A DNA stretch of 64,000 bases from a virus (Duplodnaviria > Heunggongvirae > Uroviricota > Caudoviricetes), in IMG/VR virus record IMGVR_UViG_3300032322_001781; one strand, 5' to 3'. Shown here one piece after another: positions 40,150 through 50,986 of this stretch (positions are counted from its first letter, which is position 1; each line of letters opens with the position of its first letter). Below the pieces are notes generated by a model, which was given only the letters and a program-made list of their open reading frames with translations, ran no database searches and was not told the origin of the DNA. The translations under genes were made by a program, and so were the position numbers.

Positions 40150-40536
40150 ATGTTTATACCAAACCACCTACATTTAATAGTTAAGGGTACCTTTAAAAAC
40201 CCACCAACAGAAGTTGATGTTTTAAATAAATGGTTTATTGAGTTAGTTGAAAGAGTTTCAATGAAAGTTGTCGCTGGCCCAACTTCAGTTTATGTACATG
40301 AAGAAGGCAATGAAGGATTGACAGGAACTGTTACTTTGGCAACCAGCCATGCATCAATACATATATGGGAAAAATATGAACCATCAATGTTTCAGTTTGA
40401 TATATATTCATGTTCATGTTTTTCTGCTGAAGAGGTTTTGCACCATTTAAATAAATTTGATTTAATAAAGTGTGAATACATTCTAATAGATAGAAACGGA
40501 GATAAAATGGTAATCATTGAAGATGGCTCAAAATGA
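40150..40536 (+). CDS. speD: S-adenosylmethionine decarboxylase proenzyme-like protein
   Basis: HL...G, GLTGTVTLATSHASIHIW and FDIYSC motifs. Confidence 0.75.
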   Translation: MFIPNHLHLIVKGTFKNPPTEVDVLNKWFIELVERVSMKVVAGPTSVYVHEEGNEGLTGTVTLATSHASIHIWEKYEPSMFQFDIYSCSCFSAEEVLHHLNKFDLIKCEYILIDRNGDKMVIIEDGSK

Positions 40537-40846
40537 TGATAATGTAGACTTCTTCCAATTTAGTTTTTGGCTTCTTAAAGACGTATTCTGGCTTTTAAAA
40601 TGTAAAGTATTGGCTATGTCAATGGCCATTCCAACGGTTATTCTAACAGTTTATTTGTTATTAAAAACAAAAAAATTAGTCTCTACAAATACCATATTTT
40701 CATCATGGGTTATGACAAATGTTTTTTGGATGTTACACGAATTATATAACACACCTTTGGAAATTGCGAAGATATTTATAGTTACGGGAATAACAACATT
40801 GGTTTTATACATTATTAAGAACCATAAAACGCTTATAAAAATTTAA
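40517..40846 (+). CDS. Membrane protein
   Basis: Three hydrophobic segments. Confidence 0.6.
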   Translation: MKMAQNDDNVDFFQFSFWLLKDVFWLLKCKVLAMSMAIPTVILTVYLLLKTKKLVSTNTIFSSWVMTNVFWMLHELYNTPLEIAKIFIVTGITTLVLYIIKNHKTLIKI

Positions 40847-40848
40847 TT

Positions 40849-41364
40849 ATGGATACAGTTACATTACAAAGAATACAACTTTTACATCCCAAAGTAAGAA
40901 CAGAAGTAGATAACATTTATAAAAATCAAATAGTCCCAGCTCTAACTGGTAGAGCAATATGTAGGTTTGCATATACGCTTAGAACATTTGCTGAACAAGA
41001 TGTTTTGTATGCTCAAGGTAGGACAAGATTGTTTGATAGTAAAGGTAATAGATTAGGTATAGTTACCAAAGCTAAAGGAGGCCAATCAATACATAATTTT
41101 GGATTAGCTTTGGATATTGTTCTAATAAAGGATAATAAAACGGCCAGTTGGGAAGACAACGTTGATTTTGATAAAGATGGTAAAGCAGATTGGCTGGAAG
41201 TGGTTGATATTATGAAGTCTAATGGTTGGACTTGGGGTGGTGATTGGAAATCATTTAAAGACAAACCACACTTTGAAAAAACATTTGGTTATACATGGCA
41301 ACAATTATTGGCAAAACATAATGCTGGTGATTTTATCGCTGGTACCAACTATGTGAATATTTGA
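40849..41364 (+). CDS. M15-family L-Ala-D-Glu peptidase (endolysin)
   Basis: SIHNFGLALDI and DKPHFE motifs. Confidence 0.88.
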   Translation: MDTVTLQRIQLLHPKVRTEVDNIYKNQIVPALTGRAICRFAYTLRTFAEQDVLYAQGRTRLFDSKGNRLGIVTKAKGGQSIHNFGLALDIVLIKDNKTASWEDNVDFDKDGKADWLEVVDIMKSNGWTWGGDWKSFKDKPHFEKTFGYTWQQLLAKHNAGDFIAGTNYVNI

Positions 41365-41365
41365 T

Positions 41366-41929
41366 ATGAAACATTTAATTAAAAAATTATTAAGAGAAAA
41401 TTTACTTAAAGAAATTAAAACGATAAAACCTATTATAGCTTATCACGGCAGTCCTAATAAAATATTAAAATTTGTTGATGAGTTTGTAGGTGGGGAAAAA
41501 GCCAACGACCAAGAAGGTCCAGGTATTTATTTTACTTCATCATTTGACAATGCTGGACATTATGGGGGGTATGTTCATACAGTCACACTTTCACCTAGAA
41601 AACTAATATCCATGGCTCCATCATCAAATAAAATTAGCGGTCTTATTAATAAAATGGTTTTGATGGCACCAGATTGGCAAATGTCAGCTCAAAACTATGA
41701 TGAAAACCCTAGAATAGGACTTAGAAATTTTATAGAAGCAACCATTGATTACAATGATACTGAAAAAGATGTGGTTCAACAGATATGGTATGATTTTTAT
41801 CGTTACAACCCAATTGATTTTGTTAGGAATATGGTTAAACTAGGTATTGATGGGATAATGGTTACCAAAGATAATGGTGTTATTCATTATATTATATATA
41901 ATCCATCCATAATAAAAATTCAAGATTAA
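41366..41929 (+). CDS. ADP-ribosyltransferase-like protein with KKLLRE leader
   Basis: AYHGS and GPGIYFTS motifs. Confidence 0.65.
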   Translation: MKHLIKKLLRENLLKEIKTIKPIIAYHGSPNKILKFVDEFVGGEKANDQEGPGIYFTSSFDNAGHYGGYVHTVTLSPRKLISMAPSSNKISGLINKMVLMAPDWQMSAQNYDENPRIGLRNFIEATIDYNDTEKDVVQQIWYDFYRYNPIDFVRNMVKLGIDGIMVTKDNGVIHYIIYNPSIIKIQD

Positions 41930-41966
41930 TTTGGTTTTATAAAATTAATCTTGTACCTTTGTCTTT

Positions 41967-42896
41967 ATGAAAGATAAAATCAAAGAAATATTACGTGAAA
42001 ACGTAGATAAAAATATTTTGGGGGTTAGTGTTACAAGACCTAATCAAGAGCTTATTATTATGCGTGGTGTACCTGGAGCTGGAAAATCAACCAAAGCCAA
42101 ATCGCTTGTAGGTCAAGGAAAAATTCACTCGACTGATGACCTCATTCAAAAGTCTGGTGATTATCGTGAATTTTTTGCTAATATGATTGCTACAGGTGAT
42201 TTTAGTGCTTTAAGCAAAATGCATTCCCAAAACCTAAAAGACGCTATTGCCTCTATGAAATCTGGTGTTACACCAGTTATCGTAGATAACACCAACATTA
42301 AGCAAAACGAACCAAAAGCGTATGTTGTAGCGGCACTAGAAATGGGCTTTGCTGATAACAATATAAAGTTTGTTGACGTTGGTACAGCTGGGCTTGAAGC
42401 ACAACAATTAGTTGAAAGAAACACTCATGGTGTTCCATTAAATAAAATTGAAGCGATGATTGCAAGTCACACAGCACAAGGCCCCCTTACTCTTAAAAGT
42501 GTTTTGGAATCTAAGGATATGTATAATAAATCAAATGTATTATATTCTTGTGTTCTTCTAGATAAAGCTTCGCACAACAAATTAATTGACAGATTTGCCT
42601 TGGATATTCCTGATGGTTGGAAAACATTTGCTCATCACATGACAATAACAATGGGTGAGTTAAAGGATAAGACAGACATTGGCAAAGAAGTTATTTTGAA
42701 GGTAATAAAAGTTGGTTTGTCTGATATGGCAATGGCTGTACAAGTCGATGGGTATCCATCAAAAAATGTTATCCCCCATGTTACTATTGCGGTGAACCCA
42801 GAAGGTGGTAAACCAAAAGATTCTAATGACATTACCAAATGGGAAGATATTAAACCTTTTTATGTCACAGGTTTTGTAACCGAAATCACGAAGTAA
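41967..42896 (+). CDS. Polynucleotide-kinase-like P-loop fused to a 2H phosphoesterase domain
   Basis: GVPGAGKST, VDNTN and RNTHGVP; C-terminal HHMTI and PHVTI 2H motifs. Confidence 0.8.
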   Translation: MKDKIKEILRENVDKNILGVSVTRPNQELIIMRGVPGAGKSTKAKSLVGQGKIHSTDDLIQKSGDYREFFANMIATGDFSALSKMHSQNLKDAIASMKSGVTPVIVDNTNIKQNEPKAYVVAALEMGFADNNIKFVDVGTAGLEAQQLVERNTHGVPLNKIEAMIASHTAQGPLTLKSVLESKDMYNKSNVLYSCVLLDKASHNKLIDRFALDIPDGWKTFAHHMTITMGELKDKTDIGKEVILKVIKVGLSDMAMAVQVDGYPSKNVIPHVTIAVNPEGGKPKDSNDITKWEDIKPFYVTGFVTEITK

Positions 42897-43528
42897 TGAA
42901 AGTATCTGCACAAGTAGTATTGATTAACCAACAAGGGTTGGTATTGGGTGTGTCACGTAAAAATGACCATTATGATTTTGGTTTTATAGGTGGAAAAATG
43001 GAACCAGAAGATAATGGTGATGCGATGGTTACTGCAATTCGTGAAACACTTGAAGAGACTGGTCTTAATATTTCAAATTTGAGATTGATTTTAGCTATTC
43101 ATAAAGATGGTTATATGAGTTATACCTATTTAGCTGATTACGAAGGAGAAATCAACCATAATGAACCACATGTAGTGAAATGGTTGCCGATGGAAAGATT
43201 GGTTAATGGTAGTTTTGGAAAGTATAACAAATTGGTTTCTGAATCTTTGAAGGATATGGGTGTATCATTTAAGTATGACATATCCTTGGATGAAATTAGA
43301 GAAGAAATAAAGAACTATATCACATCTATTGGCTATAGGTATATATCTGTCAACAAATCTTATGATTGGTTAGGCAGATATATACTCGAAGTTAGATTTG
43401 GACATACGTTTGAAGAAATTTATGAAGAACTTGGGGATGAAGGATACCGAATTCAAGATAAATTAATAGAAATTGGTAAAGGATATGGATTAGATATTTC
43501 TTTTCCTAGTTATTATTTTTCAAAATAA
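42896..43528 (+). CDS. Nudix hydrolase
   Basis: GGKMEP...AIRETLEETG motif. Confidence 0.85.
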   Translation: MKVSAQVVLINQQGLVLGVSRKNDHYDFGFIGGKMEPEDNGDAMVTAIRETLEETGLNISNLRLILAIHKDGYMSYTYLADYEGEINHNEPHVVKWLPMERLVNGSFGKYNKLVSESLKDMGVSFKYDISLDEIREEIKNYITSIGYRYISVNKSYDWLGRYILEVRFGHTFEEIYEELGDEGYRIQDKLIEIGKGYGLDISFPSYYFSK

Positions 43529-43564
43529 CTTGCAACTTGTAAAAAATAGTGGTATCTTTGTAAA

Positions 43565-43873
43565 ATGAATGAAAAAAATAAAACAATGGAAAGAAGAATT
43601 GAGCTAAGCAATAAATTTATTGAGATGGGCCGTTCTTTAATCAAAGAGGGTAATGAAATAAATGATTACTCCATAACACAATCAGGTAATTTTCTTATTC
43701 TTATATCAGGTATTATCTTAGAAGAGAAGGATTCTGTTGAATTTGCGAATTTATGTGCTATGTTTTCAGCTAAAAAATTAATGGAAAACATGGGTGATTT
43801 TTGGTCTGATATCCCTAATGAAGAAATGATTAGAAAAATGTTAGGGTTGGATGATGAATCATTAGAAAATTAA
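43565..43873 (+). CDS. Hypothetical protein
   Basis: 102 aa ORF after a TAnnTTTG promoter. Confidence 0.55.
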   Translation: MNEKNKTMERRIELSNKFIEMGRSLIKEGNEINDYSITQSGNFLILISGIILEEKDSVEFANLCAMFSAKKLMENMGDFWSDIPNEEMIRKMLGLDDESLEN

Positions 43874-43876
43874 TTT

Positions 43877-44137
43877 ATGACTGAAGAAAAATTTAACCAA
43901 ATTAAAGAACTTAAAAACAAAATTGAAGGTAAAGAAGACAAATTAAGAGATATAGATTTGTTGATTCAAACCCCAAAACTTGTTTGTAAAATTTATGGGT
44001 CACCGAATAGGTCTCTTAGACAAGACCCTGAGTTTTATTTTTTTGAAGAAGATGAAATTATTAGACTTTTGAAACTTGGTAGAGAAAAAATTAATTCTGA
44101 GTTATCTGAGTTAAAAAAAACTTTTTCTGAATTATAA
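43877..44137 (+). CDS. Hypothetical protein
   Basis: 86 aa ORF. Confidence 0.55.
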   Translation: MTEEKFNQIKELKNKIEGKEDKLRDIDLLIQTPKLVCKIYGSPNRSLRQDPEFYFFEEDEIIRLLKLGREKINSELSELKKTFSEL

Positions 44138-44194
44138 GGTTTTTATTTTGAAAATTAAATATTTTTATTTACCTTTGTAGTATAAATAAAAATT

Positions 44195-45319
44195 ATGTTA
44201 CTAATACAAGAATTTATCATTAAAAATGGTTTAGAAAACGCTGTAAGTGAATTTAATCTTAAAATACGTGAGTACGAATCAAAAATTTTATTAAAATATG
44301 ACCAATTATCACCTCCATCAATGATGGGGTTAAAAGAAGTTCAAGAATGTCGTGGCCTTATTTTGGAAAAAAAATCTTGGCGTGTCATGTCTTTGGCTTT
44401 TAAAAAATTCTTTAACTCTGAAGAATCCAATGCACATAAGATTGATTGGAATTCTGCACATGTTTTAGAAAAACTGGATGGTACTTGCATTCAAGTTTAT
44501 TATGATTGGAATGACATGACATGGTATGCTGGAACTACAGGCACTGCTGATGGTGAAGGTGAAGTTAATAATAAAACTGGCACGACATTCAATCAATTAT
44601 TTTGGAAGACTGTTAAAGAAAAATATAACTTAGACACATCAAAGTTTAATGCTGGTTACACTTATGTATTTGAATTAACAACACCTTATAATATCGTTGT
44701 TAAACCTCATGGTGAGTCATCAGCCACTTTGTTGACTGTTAGGAATCTAGAAACATTGAAAGAATTGTCTTTCGATGAATTGACAAGGGTTTCTGAAGAA
44801 TTGGGTATCCCACGTGTTAAGGCATACGACTTGAACGTTAAAAATGTTGGAACCTTGTTGAAGACATTTGACAACATGGTATGGTATGACGAAGGTTATG
44901 TTGTGGTAGATGCTAAACACAACCGAGTAAAAATAAAAAACCCAGCTTATGTTGCGGTTCACCATCTTAAAGGTAAAACGGCTGAACACAATATTTTGAC
45001 GATAGTAAAGACCAATGAAATAGAAGAATTCGCTGCTACCTTCCCAGACCGTAAGGATGAGTTGGTTAAGTTGAAGGCTAACTATGATGCGTTGATTGCT
45101 AAGTTGGATTCTGTTTGGGTTGAGTTACAAGTATTTCGTCCAAAGAATATCACACCACAAGAAAAGAAGAAGTATGCAATAGCGGTGTTTGAAGTGTGTG
45201 GTAAACGTGATGTCAAGAATTTTACTGGCCTATACTTCGGTTTGGTTGATGGTAAAGTAACATCTGTTGAAGACTATATGTTAAAATATGATGATAAAGC
45301 CTTATATAAAATGTTATAA
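44195..45319 (+). CDS. RNA ligase, T4 Rnl1-like
   Basis: ECRGLIL, FKKFFN, EKLDG, FEL, EGYVV and RVKIK motifs. Confidence 0.88.
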   Translation: MLLIQEFIIKNGLENAVSEFNLKIREYESKILLKYDQLSPPSMMGLKEVQECRGLILEKKSWRVMSLAFKKFFNSEESNAHKIDWNSAHVLEKLDGTCIQVYYDWNDMTWYAGTTGTADGEGEVNNKTGTTFNQLFWKTVKEKYNLDTSKFNAGYTYVFELTTPYNIVVKPHGESSATLLTVRNLETLKELSFDELTRVSEELGIPRVKAYDLNVKNVGTLLKTFDNMVWYDEGYVVVDAKHNRVKIKNPAYVAVHHLKGKTAEHNILTIVKTNEIEEFAATFPDRKDELVKLKANYDALIAKLDSVWVELQVFRPKNITPQEKKKYAIAVFEVCGKRDVKNFTGLYFGLVDGKVTSVEDYMLKYDDKALYKML

Positions 45320-45365
45320 AGTTTATCTTTTTTAACATCTCTATTAAACTAATAAATAAAGCAGT

Positions 45366-45791
45366 ATGGGATACAACACAGGAAATATTAATAAGATAAC
45401 AAAAGAAGAATTAGATAACTATCTAGTTTCTATTGGTGGTTTAGAGAGAAGTTGGCGTAAAGATTTGGGGCCTATATTTAATACTAATTTTTTTGCGGTA
45501 GATGAAGGTTGGTATGGATTGATTAAGAGTTTAATCGAAGAATTGATTGAAGCTGGGTGGGATAAAAAATTAGTACAAGTTAAAGAAAAATTTGGCGGAC
45601 TTCATTTTTACATTGAAAATAGTGATGAGTTATCATATGCTATAATTTCAAAGTACGAAAAATTATCTTATAAAGTTTGTGAGAAGTGTGGTTCTGAAGG
45701 TGTTTTAAGAAAAGGTGCTTGGTTAAAAACTCTTTGTGATGAACATTCTGATGGAAGAGAAGAAATGATTTTTAACGAGCCACCAATTTAA
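45366..45791 (+). CDS. Hypothetical protein
   Basis: QVKEKFGGLHFY...CEKCG...TLCDEH motif. Confidence 0.6.
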   Translation: MGYNTGNINKITKEELDNYLVSIGGLERSWRKDLGPIFNTNFFAVDEGWYGLIKSLIEELIEAGWDKKLVQVKEKFGGLHFYIENSDELSYAIISKYEKLSYKVCEKCGSEGVLRKGAWLKTLCDEHSDGREEMIFNEPPI

Positions 45792-45846
45792 ATTTGGTAA
45801 TTTCAAAAAAAATTACTACCTTTGCATTAACAAAACAAAAAACGAT

Positions 45847-47259
45847 ATGAGTATCAAACAAATCTTTGACGAAATAGCTGCTGAATCAAGCACCAACCAA
45901 AAAATGGAAATCCTTAAAAAATATAAGGATAATGAATTGCTTAAACGTGTGCTTTATATGGCAAACTCAAAGCGAGTAAAGTTTTATTTAAAACAAATAC
46001 CAGCGTACACCCATAATAAAATTGGTTGGACTCTTGAAGAAGCGTTGAATATGCTTATGAGTATAGCTAATCGTGAGTTTACAGGTCAAAATGCTATAGA
46101 TAAATTAACTATTTGGTTAGAAAATGTATCAGCTGATGATGCGTATATCATTGAGCGTATTATTGAAAAAGATTGTAAGATTGGTATGGGTACCACTTTT
46201 ATGAATAAGGTTATCAAAGACCTTATTGAAGACACAGCATACATGGGTGCTATCTCTTTTGATGAGAAAAAGGCTCGTGAAGTTTTTAAAAAAGGGAAAG
46301 GCGGCTTTTCTCAAATTAAAATGGATGGCCGTTATTGCAACGCTATTATTCGTAGCGGTGAAGTTGAACTTGAGAGTCGTAGCGGTGAACCAACCGTGTT
46401 AACTGGTGCTAAATTTGTTTCTGAATTGGCTTCATTTCAAGATAGTGTATTAAACGGTGAATTAACCATGGATGGTGTTCCTCGTTATGAGAGCAACGGT
46501 ATCATTGCTTCTTTGATTGATATTCAAGGTAAACGTAATGAGCGCACAGAATCTGAAACGCAAAAGAAAATTGCTACATTTGAGAAGAAACACGGTAGTT
46601 TTAAAACAGCTCTTAACAATGTTCGGTACACCGTATGGGATATGATAACTGTTGATGAATACTTTGAAAAAAAATCAAACAACCCCTATTACATTCGTTT
46701 GAACAATGCTTCTAGTCTTATTAGTTTGTCAAGCTCAACAATGGTTAGTTTAATTAACTCCAAGTTTGTTAAGACATATGGTGAAGCGATGGAACACTTT
46801 CAAGAAGTATTGGCCACTGAAATTGATGGGGTGCCACAAGAAGGAACAATATTGAAAGCTTACGATGGTGAGTGGAAAGATGGTAAACCTAATTGGCAAA
46901 TCAAACTAAAAATCGAGATGGATTTGGACCTTAAAATTGTTGGTTTCAACTATGGTACCAAAGGAACAAAAAACGAAGATATTATTTCAAGTCTTAATTG
47001 CGAATCATCAGATGGGTTGGTTAAAACTCGCCCTCAAGGTATCAAAGAAGATATGATGATTTATATTACTGAAAATCAACCAGAACTTATGGGTAAGATT
47101 GTTAAGATTAAATGTAATGGCTTGTCAAAAGACAAAGATGGTAATTACTCTCTATTATACCCAGCATTTATGGAAATTCGTGATGATAAAACAGAAGCAG
47201 ATTCTTTAGATAACATAAAGAATATCGAAGACACGGTTAAACAATTAGCAACTAATTAA
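45847..47259 (+). CDS. ATP-dependent DNA ligase
   Basis: KMDGRY, LNGEL, EGTILK and OB-domain LYPAF motifs. Confidence 0.92.
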   Translation: MSIKQIFDEIAAESSTNQKMEILKKYKDNELLKRVLYMANSKRVKFYLKQIPAYTHNKIGWTLEEALNMLMSIANREFTGQNAIDKLTIWLENVSADDAYIIERIIEKDCKIGMGTTFMNKVIKDLIEDTAYMGAISFDEKKAREVFKKGKGGFSQIKMDGRYCNAIIRSGEVELESRSGEPTVLTGAKFVSELASFQDSVLNGELTMDGVPRYESNGIIASLIDIQGKRNERTESETQKKIATFEKKHGSFKTALNNVRYTVWDMITVDEYFEKKSNNPYYIRLNNASSLISLSSSTMVSLINSKFVKTYGEAMEHFQEVLATEIDGVPQEGTILKAYDGEWKDGKPNWQIKLKIEMDLDLKIVGFNYGTKGTKNEDIISSLNCESSDGLVKTRPQGIKEDMMIYITENQPELMGKIVKIKCNGLSKDKDGNYSLLYPAFMEIRDDKTEADSLDNIKNIEDTVKQLATN

Positions 47260-47269
47260 AAATATAAAA

Positions 47270-48346
47270 ATGAAAAAACACATTTCTTTTCCTAGTATTG
47301 AACAATTCAGAAACGTAATTGCTGGTATTAATCGTCAATACAACTTTGTTGGTTTACTTGAAAATGGTGAACCTGTTTATGACACAACACGTACAAAGCC
47401 TACGCTTACCTTTAAGGGTACGGTAAAGCTCCACGGGACCAATGCTGGTGTTTGTTATAACAAAACTGATGGTATCTGGTATCAATCACGTGAAAACATC
47501 ATCACACCAGAAAAAGATAATGCTGGGTTTGCGTTTTTCGCTGAGTCAAATAAAGCAGTGTTTCAAGAGTTGTTCGCACAAGTTATTGATAAAACAATCC
47601 CTTATGTGGACCCAACTCAAAACACTATCAGTATTTTTTTTGAGTGGGCTGGTACTGGGGTACAAAAAAATGTTGCTATATCTAATATTAAGAAAAGTGC
47701 ATTTATTATTGGAATTAAAATTACGCCACATACTAATAGTGAGGAGGAATCAAAAAATAAACCAGCGTTTTGGGTTGATTTTTCTGGTATTAGAAATGAA
47801 GAATGCAAAATATATAATATTTTAGATTTTCCGACTTATGATGTAGAAATAGATTTTGACAAGCCAGAGTTGTCTGTAAATAAAATTTTAGATTTAACTT
47901 TAAAAGTGGAGGAAAACTGTCCAGTTGCTAAACACTTTGGTTTTGATGGTATTGGGGAAGGATTGGTTTTTTCATGTGAACACAAAGGAAGTGTTTTGCG
48001 TTTTAAATCAAAAGGTGACAAACATGCTGGTAAGTCAAAGATAAAGACTTTAAAACCTGTTGATGATGGTAAGATTAGTAAACTTATAGAACTGGCTGAT
48101 AAATTAACACCAGAATGGCGTTTAGACCAAATGTTAACTAATACATTTAATTTGCTTAATAATGGTGAATTAGATATTAAGCGTCTTGGTGAATATATCA
48201 AAAATGTAAATGCTGATATTCTAAAAGAAGAAATAGATGTAATAGCTGAGGCTGGTTTTGAATATAAAGATATCGCCAAATATGTTTCTGAAATTTCTAA
48301 GAAATATTTTTTCCAAAGATTTAATGAGGTAACTGGTTTAAAATAA
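47270..48346 (+). CDS. RNA ligase, Rnl2-family
   Basis: TVKLHGTNAG, GEGLVF and RFKSKG motifs. Confidence 0.85.
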   Translation: MKKHISFPSIEQFRNVIAGINRQYNFVGLLENGEPVYDTTRTKPTLTFKGTVKLHGTNAGVCYNKTDGIWYQSRENIITPEKDNAGFAFFAESNKAVFQELFAQVIDKTIPYVDPTQNTISIFFEWAGTGVQKNVAISNIKKSAFIIGIKITPHTNSEEESKNKPAFWVDFSGIRNEECKIYNILDFPTYDVEIDFDKPELSVNKILDLTLKVEENCPVAKHFGFDGIGEGLVFSCEHKGSVLRFKSKGDKHAGKSKIKTLKPVDDGKISKLIELADKLTPEWRLDQMLTNTFNLLNNGELDIKRLGEYIKNVNADILKEEIDVIAEAGFEYKDIAKYVSEISKKYFFQRFNEVTGLK

Positions 48347-48423
48347 TATCATGGTAAAAGGAGAAAAAAAATACATTTTTTTTTATTTAAAAATTAATTG
48401 TACCTTTGCTAAAACGATAAAAA

Positions 48424-48768
48424 ATGAATAATAAGTTAGAACATATTTTCATATCTATGATGGTAGGTGCTATTAGAAATAGTGAATTGGAAAATCTACA
48501 TTCTGGCGTGTCACCATCAACAAAAACTGGTGATTATAGCGATGTTAAAGTTGTGACACCGTATGGTGAGATAGAATGGAGTAAAGTCAGTAGGATAAGT
48601 GATAAAGAAATGGGTTTATTAAAAGACTCAATTAGAGAAGAAATAACACAACAAATTGAAATGCTTAAAAATAATGGCCTTATTATTTCTGTAAAAGAAA
48701 AATCTATTCTATCTTCAGCCATAAAAAAATTTTTTCAAATTACCTGTATAATTGTTGGTTTTTATTAA
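48424..48768 (+). CDS. Hypothetical protein
   Basis: 114 aa ORF. Confidence 0.55.
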   Translation: MNNKLEHIFISMMVGAIRNSELENLHSGVSPSTKTGDYSDVKVVTPYGEIEWSKVSRISDKEMGLLKDSIREEITQQIEMLKNNGLIISVKEKSILSSAIKKFFQITCIIVGFY

Positions 48769-48789
48769 AATAAGTAGTATCTTTGATTC

Positions 48790-48993
48790 ATGATAACAAA
48801 TAAAGTATACAAATTGAAACAAGACACCGAAGTAATGAAAGGTGTCAATCTACAGGCTGGTCAGGAGATTGAAGTGGTAATGGATGTTGTTTATATGAAT
48901 GGCTATCCGTTGCCACCAAATCTTCAACCAACTTTTATGGCTTGGTTAAAGAATAATCCAAATTTATTTAAGGACGACACGAGACAGTGGTAA
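48790..48993 (+). CDS. Hypothetical protein
   Basis: 67 aa ORF. Confidence 0.55.
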   Translation: MITNKVYKLKQDTEVMKGVNLQAGQEIEVVMDVVYMNGYPLPPNLQPTFMAWLKNNPNLFKDDTRQW

Positions 48994-48994
48994 A

Positions 48995-49438
48995 ATGGAA
49001 CTAGTAACAACAAATATATGTAAAACTTCTGATATAGGTTTACATAACAATATGTTTGGTGGCGAGCTTATGTCAATAATAGACTTAGCTTCAGCGGCTT
49101 ATGCTGCTCAAATTTGTGATTCACCTAGACTTGTAACTCTTAAAATTGATGAGTTAATATTTAAAACACCTGCTAGAGTTGGGAATATAATTAAAACATA
49201 TGCTAATGTTAAAGAATTTGGAAACACGTCTATAACTCTTTATATTGAACTTAGAAAGCATAATGTATATACTGGTAAACAAGAGATTGTTATACATACA
49301 AATATAAAATTTGTTCATATTGATGAAGAAAACAATCCAATCCCAATTCCAGAAAGAATTAAACTTAGGTATAAAGAAAGAATGGTAAAATATGGCAAGG
49401 GGTTGTTAAGTTTTGAAGAATTACAAAATGAACGATAA
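48995..49438 (+). CDS. Acyl-CoA thioesterase (HotDog fold)
   Basis: NMFGG..MS.ID motif. Confidence 0.85.
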   Translation: MELVTTNICKTSDIGLHNNMFGGELMSIIDLASAAYAAQICDSPRLVTLKIDELIFKTPARVGNIIKTYANVKEFGNTSITLYIELRKHNVYTGKQEIVIHTNIKFVHIDEENNPIPIPERIKLRYKERMVKYGKGLLSFEELQNER

Positions 49439-49697
49439 TTTTATTTTAAGGTCTGGAAAATATCAAGGTAAAACAATTGCTTGGGTTAAAAAAACTGATA
49501 ATAATTATTTAATTTGGGTTAAAGAAAATAGACCAGAAATGCTTAAAGAGTTAACACCAAAGGGACCAACAATACGAAAGATGATTCCTGATGATGTAAA
49601 AGTTTCGGCTATGCAACCAAATTTAAATTTTTGGAATGAAGGGCCTGATGAAAAAAGTTTAATTTATTTAAAAAAAGAAAAAGATAATGATAACTAA
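49428..49697 (+). CDS. Hypothetical protein
   Basis: GKYQGK...YLIW motif. Confidence 0.5.
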   Translation: MNDNFILRSGKYQGKTIAWVKKTDNNYLIWVKENRPEMLKELTPKGPTIRKMIPDDVKVSAMQPNLNFWNEGPDEKSLIYLKKEKDNDN

Positions 49698-50985
49698 AGA
49701 AAATGGGTTGCGTTACGCTAAACTAATCCATGTAAGTGTGGATAATGGAAAAACCGATAATAGCAATAAAGTTTATATAATGGAGGAACTTTCTGATGGT
49801 CGAATTAAATGTGAGTATGGTCGAGTTGGTAAATCGTTGACAACAGAGTATAAATCAAGTTCAAAATGGTCTTCTGTTTACAAACAAAAAACTGGAAAAA
49901 GTAAGGGTTATACCGATGTAACAGAACTTCTTGCAGAACCAGTTGTCGACCAAGACCAACCAAAAGATGAGAAGGTTGAGGCTATTAAAGATACTGTAGT
50001 TAAGAAACTTGTGGAAGAATTGATGGCATTTGCTAATAAATCTATCCAAAAAAACTATAAAGTAACCCAAGAATCGGTATCTGAACAACAAGTAGTCTCA
50101 GCTCAAGAAGTCTTAGACCAAATTAGCGGACTCATAAAAATAGGGGTTGATATCAAGCATGTGAATGATATGCTATTGAAACTTTACACTATTATCCCTC
50201 GTAAAATGGACAATGTAAAGAATCATTTATTCAATGACATCAAAGATGTAAATTCGTTATCCCAAGCTCAACGTTTGCTTGACAACGAACAAAGTGCTTT
50301 GGATACAATGGCTGGACAGGTACAGTTGATTAAACAACAACGTGACGCTGCCAAAGAATCTGCTGATGAAAAAACCAAAGGTAAAAAGTCTAGTAAAACA
50401 ATTCTTGACCAAATTGGGCTTGCTATTGAGGTTGAAACAGATAAAGATACACTTGACCTTATATCAAAACTGCTTGGTCCTAACTCAAACCAAGCCAAGA
50501 AAGTTTACAAGATTATCAACCTTAAAACTCAAGCTAGGTTTGATGCTAACATGGCCAAGGCTGAAGTTAAGAAAAAACGTCTTTATTGGCACGGTTCACG
50601 TAACGAGAATTGGTTTAACATTCTGCAAACTGGATTGCTTATTCGTCCATCTGGTGCGGTTCATACGGGAAGCATGTTTGGTGATGGTATCTACTTTGCC
50701 GACAAAGCACAGAAGTCTATCGGTTACACATCACTAAGAGGTTCATATTGGGCTCATGGTGGAGATAACAAAGCATTCTTGGCTTTGTTTGATGTTCACT
50801 TAGGAAAACAAAAAGAAATTCTTAATCATAACTCAGATTGTTATAAATTGTCTGATAAAGTGTTGAAACAAGAAGGTTATGACAGTGTGTTTGCTAAAGG
50901 AGGTGCTGACCTCCGTAATAATGAGTTCATCGTTTACAATTCAGCACAATGTACAATATCACACTTAATAGAAATTACAAATTAA
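49687..50985 (+). CDS. Poly(ADP-ribose) polymerase (WGR-like, regulatory and catalytic domains)
   Basis: YGRVG, LYTIIPR, YWHGS, MFGDGIYFAD, KSIGY and NNEFIVY (H-Y-E triad). Confidence 0.9.
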   Translation: MITKENGLRYAKLIHVSVDNGKTDNSNKVYIMEELSDGRIKCEYGRVGKSLTTEYKSSSKWSSVYKQKTGKSKGYTDVTELLAEPVVDQDQPKDEKVEAIKDTVVKKLVEELMAFANKSIQKNYKVTQESVSEQQVVSAQEVLDQISGLIKIGVDIKHVNDMLLKLYTIIPRKMDNVKNHLFNDIKDVNSLSQAQRLLDNEQSALDTMAGQVQLIKQQRDAAKESADEKTKGKKSSKTILDQIGLAIEVETDKDTLDLISKLLGPNSNQAKKVYKIINLKTQARFDANMAKAEVKKKRLYWHGSRNENWFNILQTGLLIRPSGAVHTGSMFGDGIYFADKAQKSIGYTSLRGSYWAHGGDNKAFLALFDVHLGKQKEILNHNSDCYKLSDKVLKQEGYDSVFAKGGADLRNNEFIVYNSAQCTISHLIEITN

Positions 50986-50986
50986 A

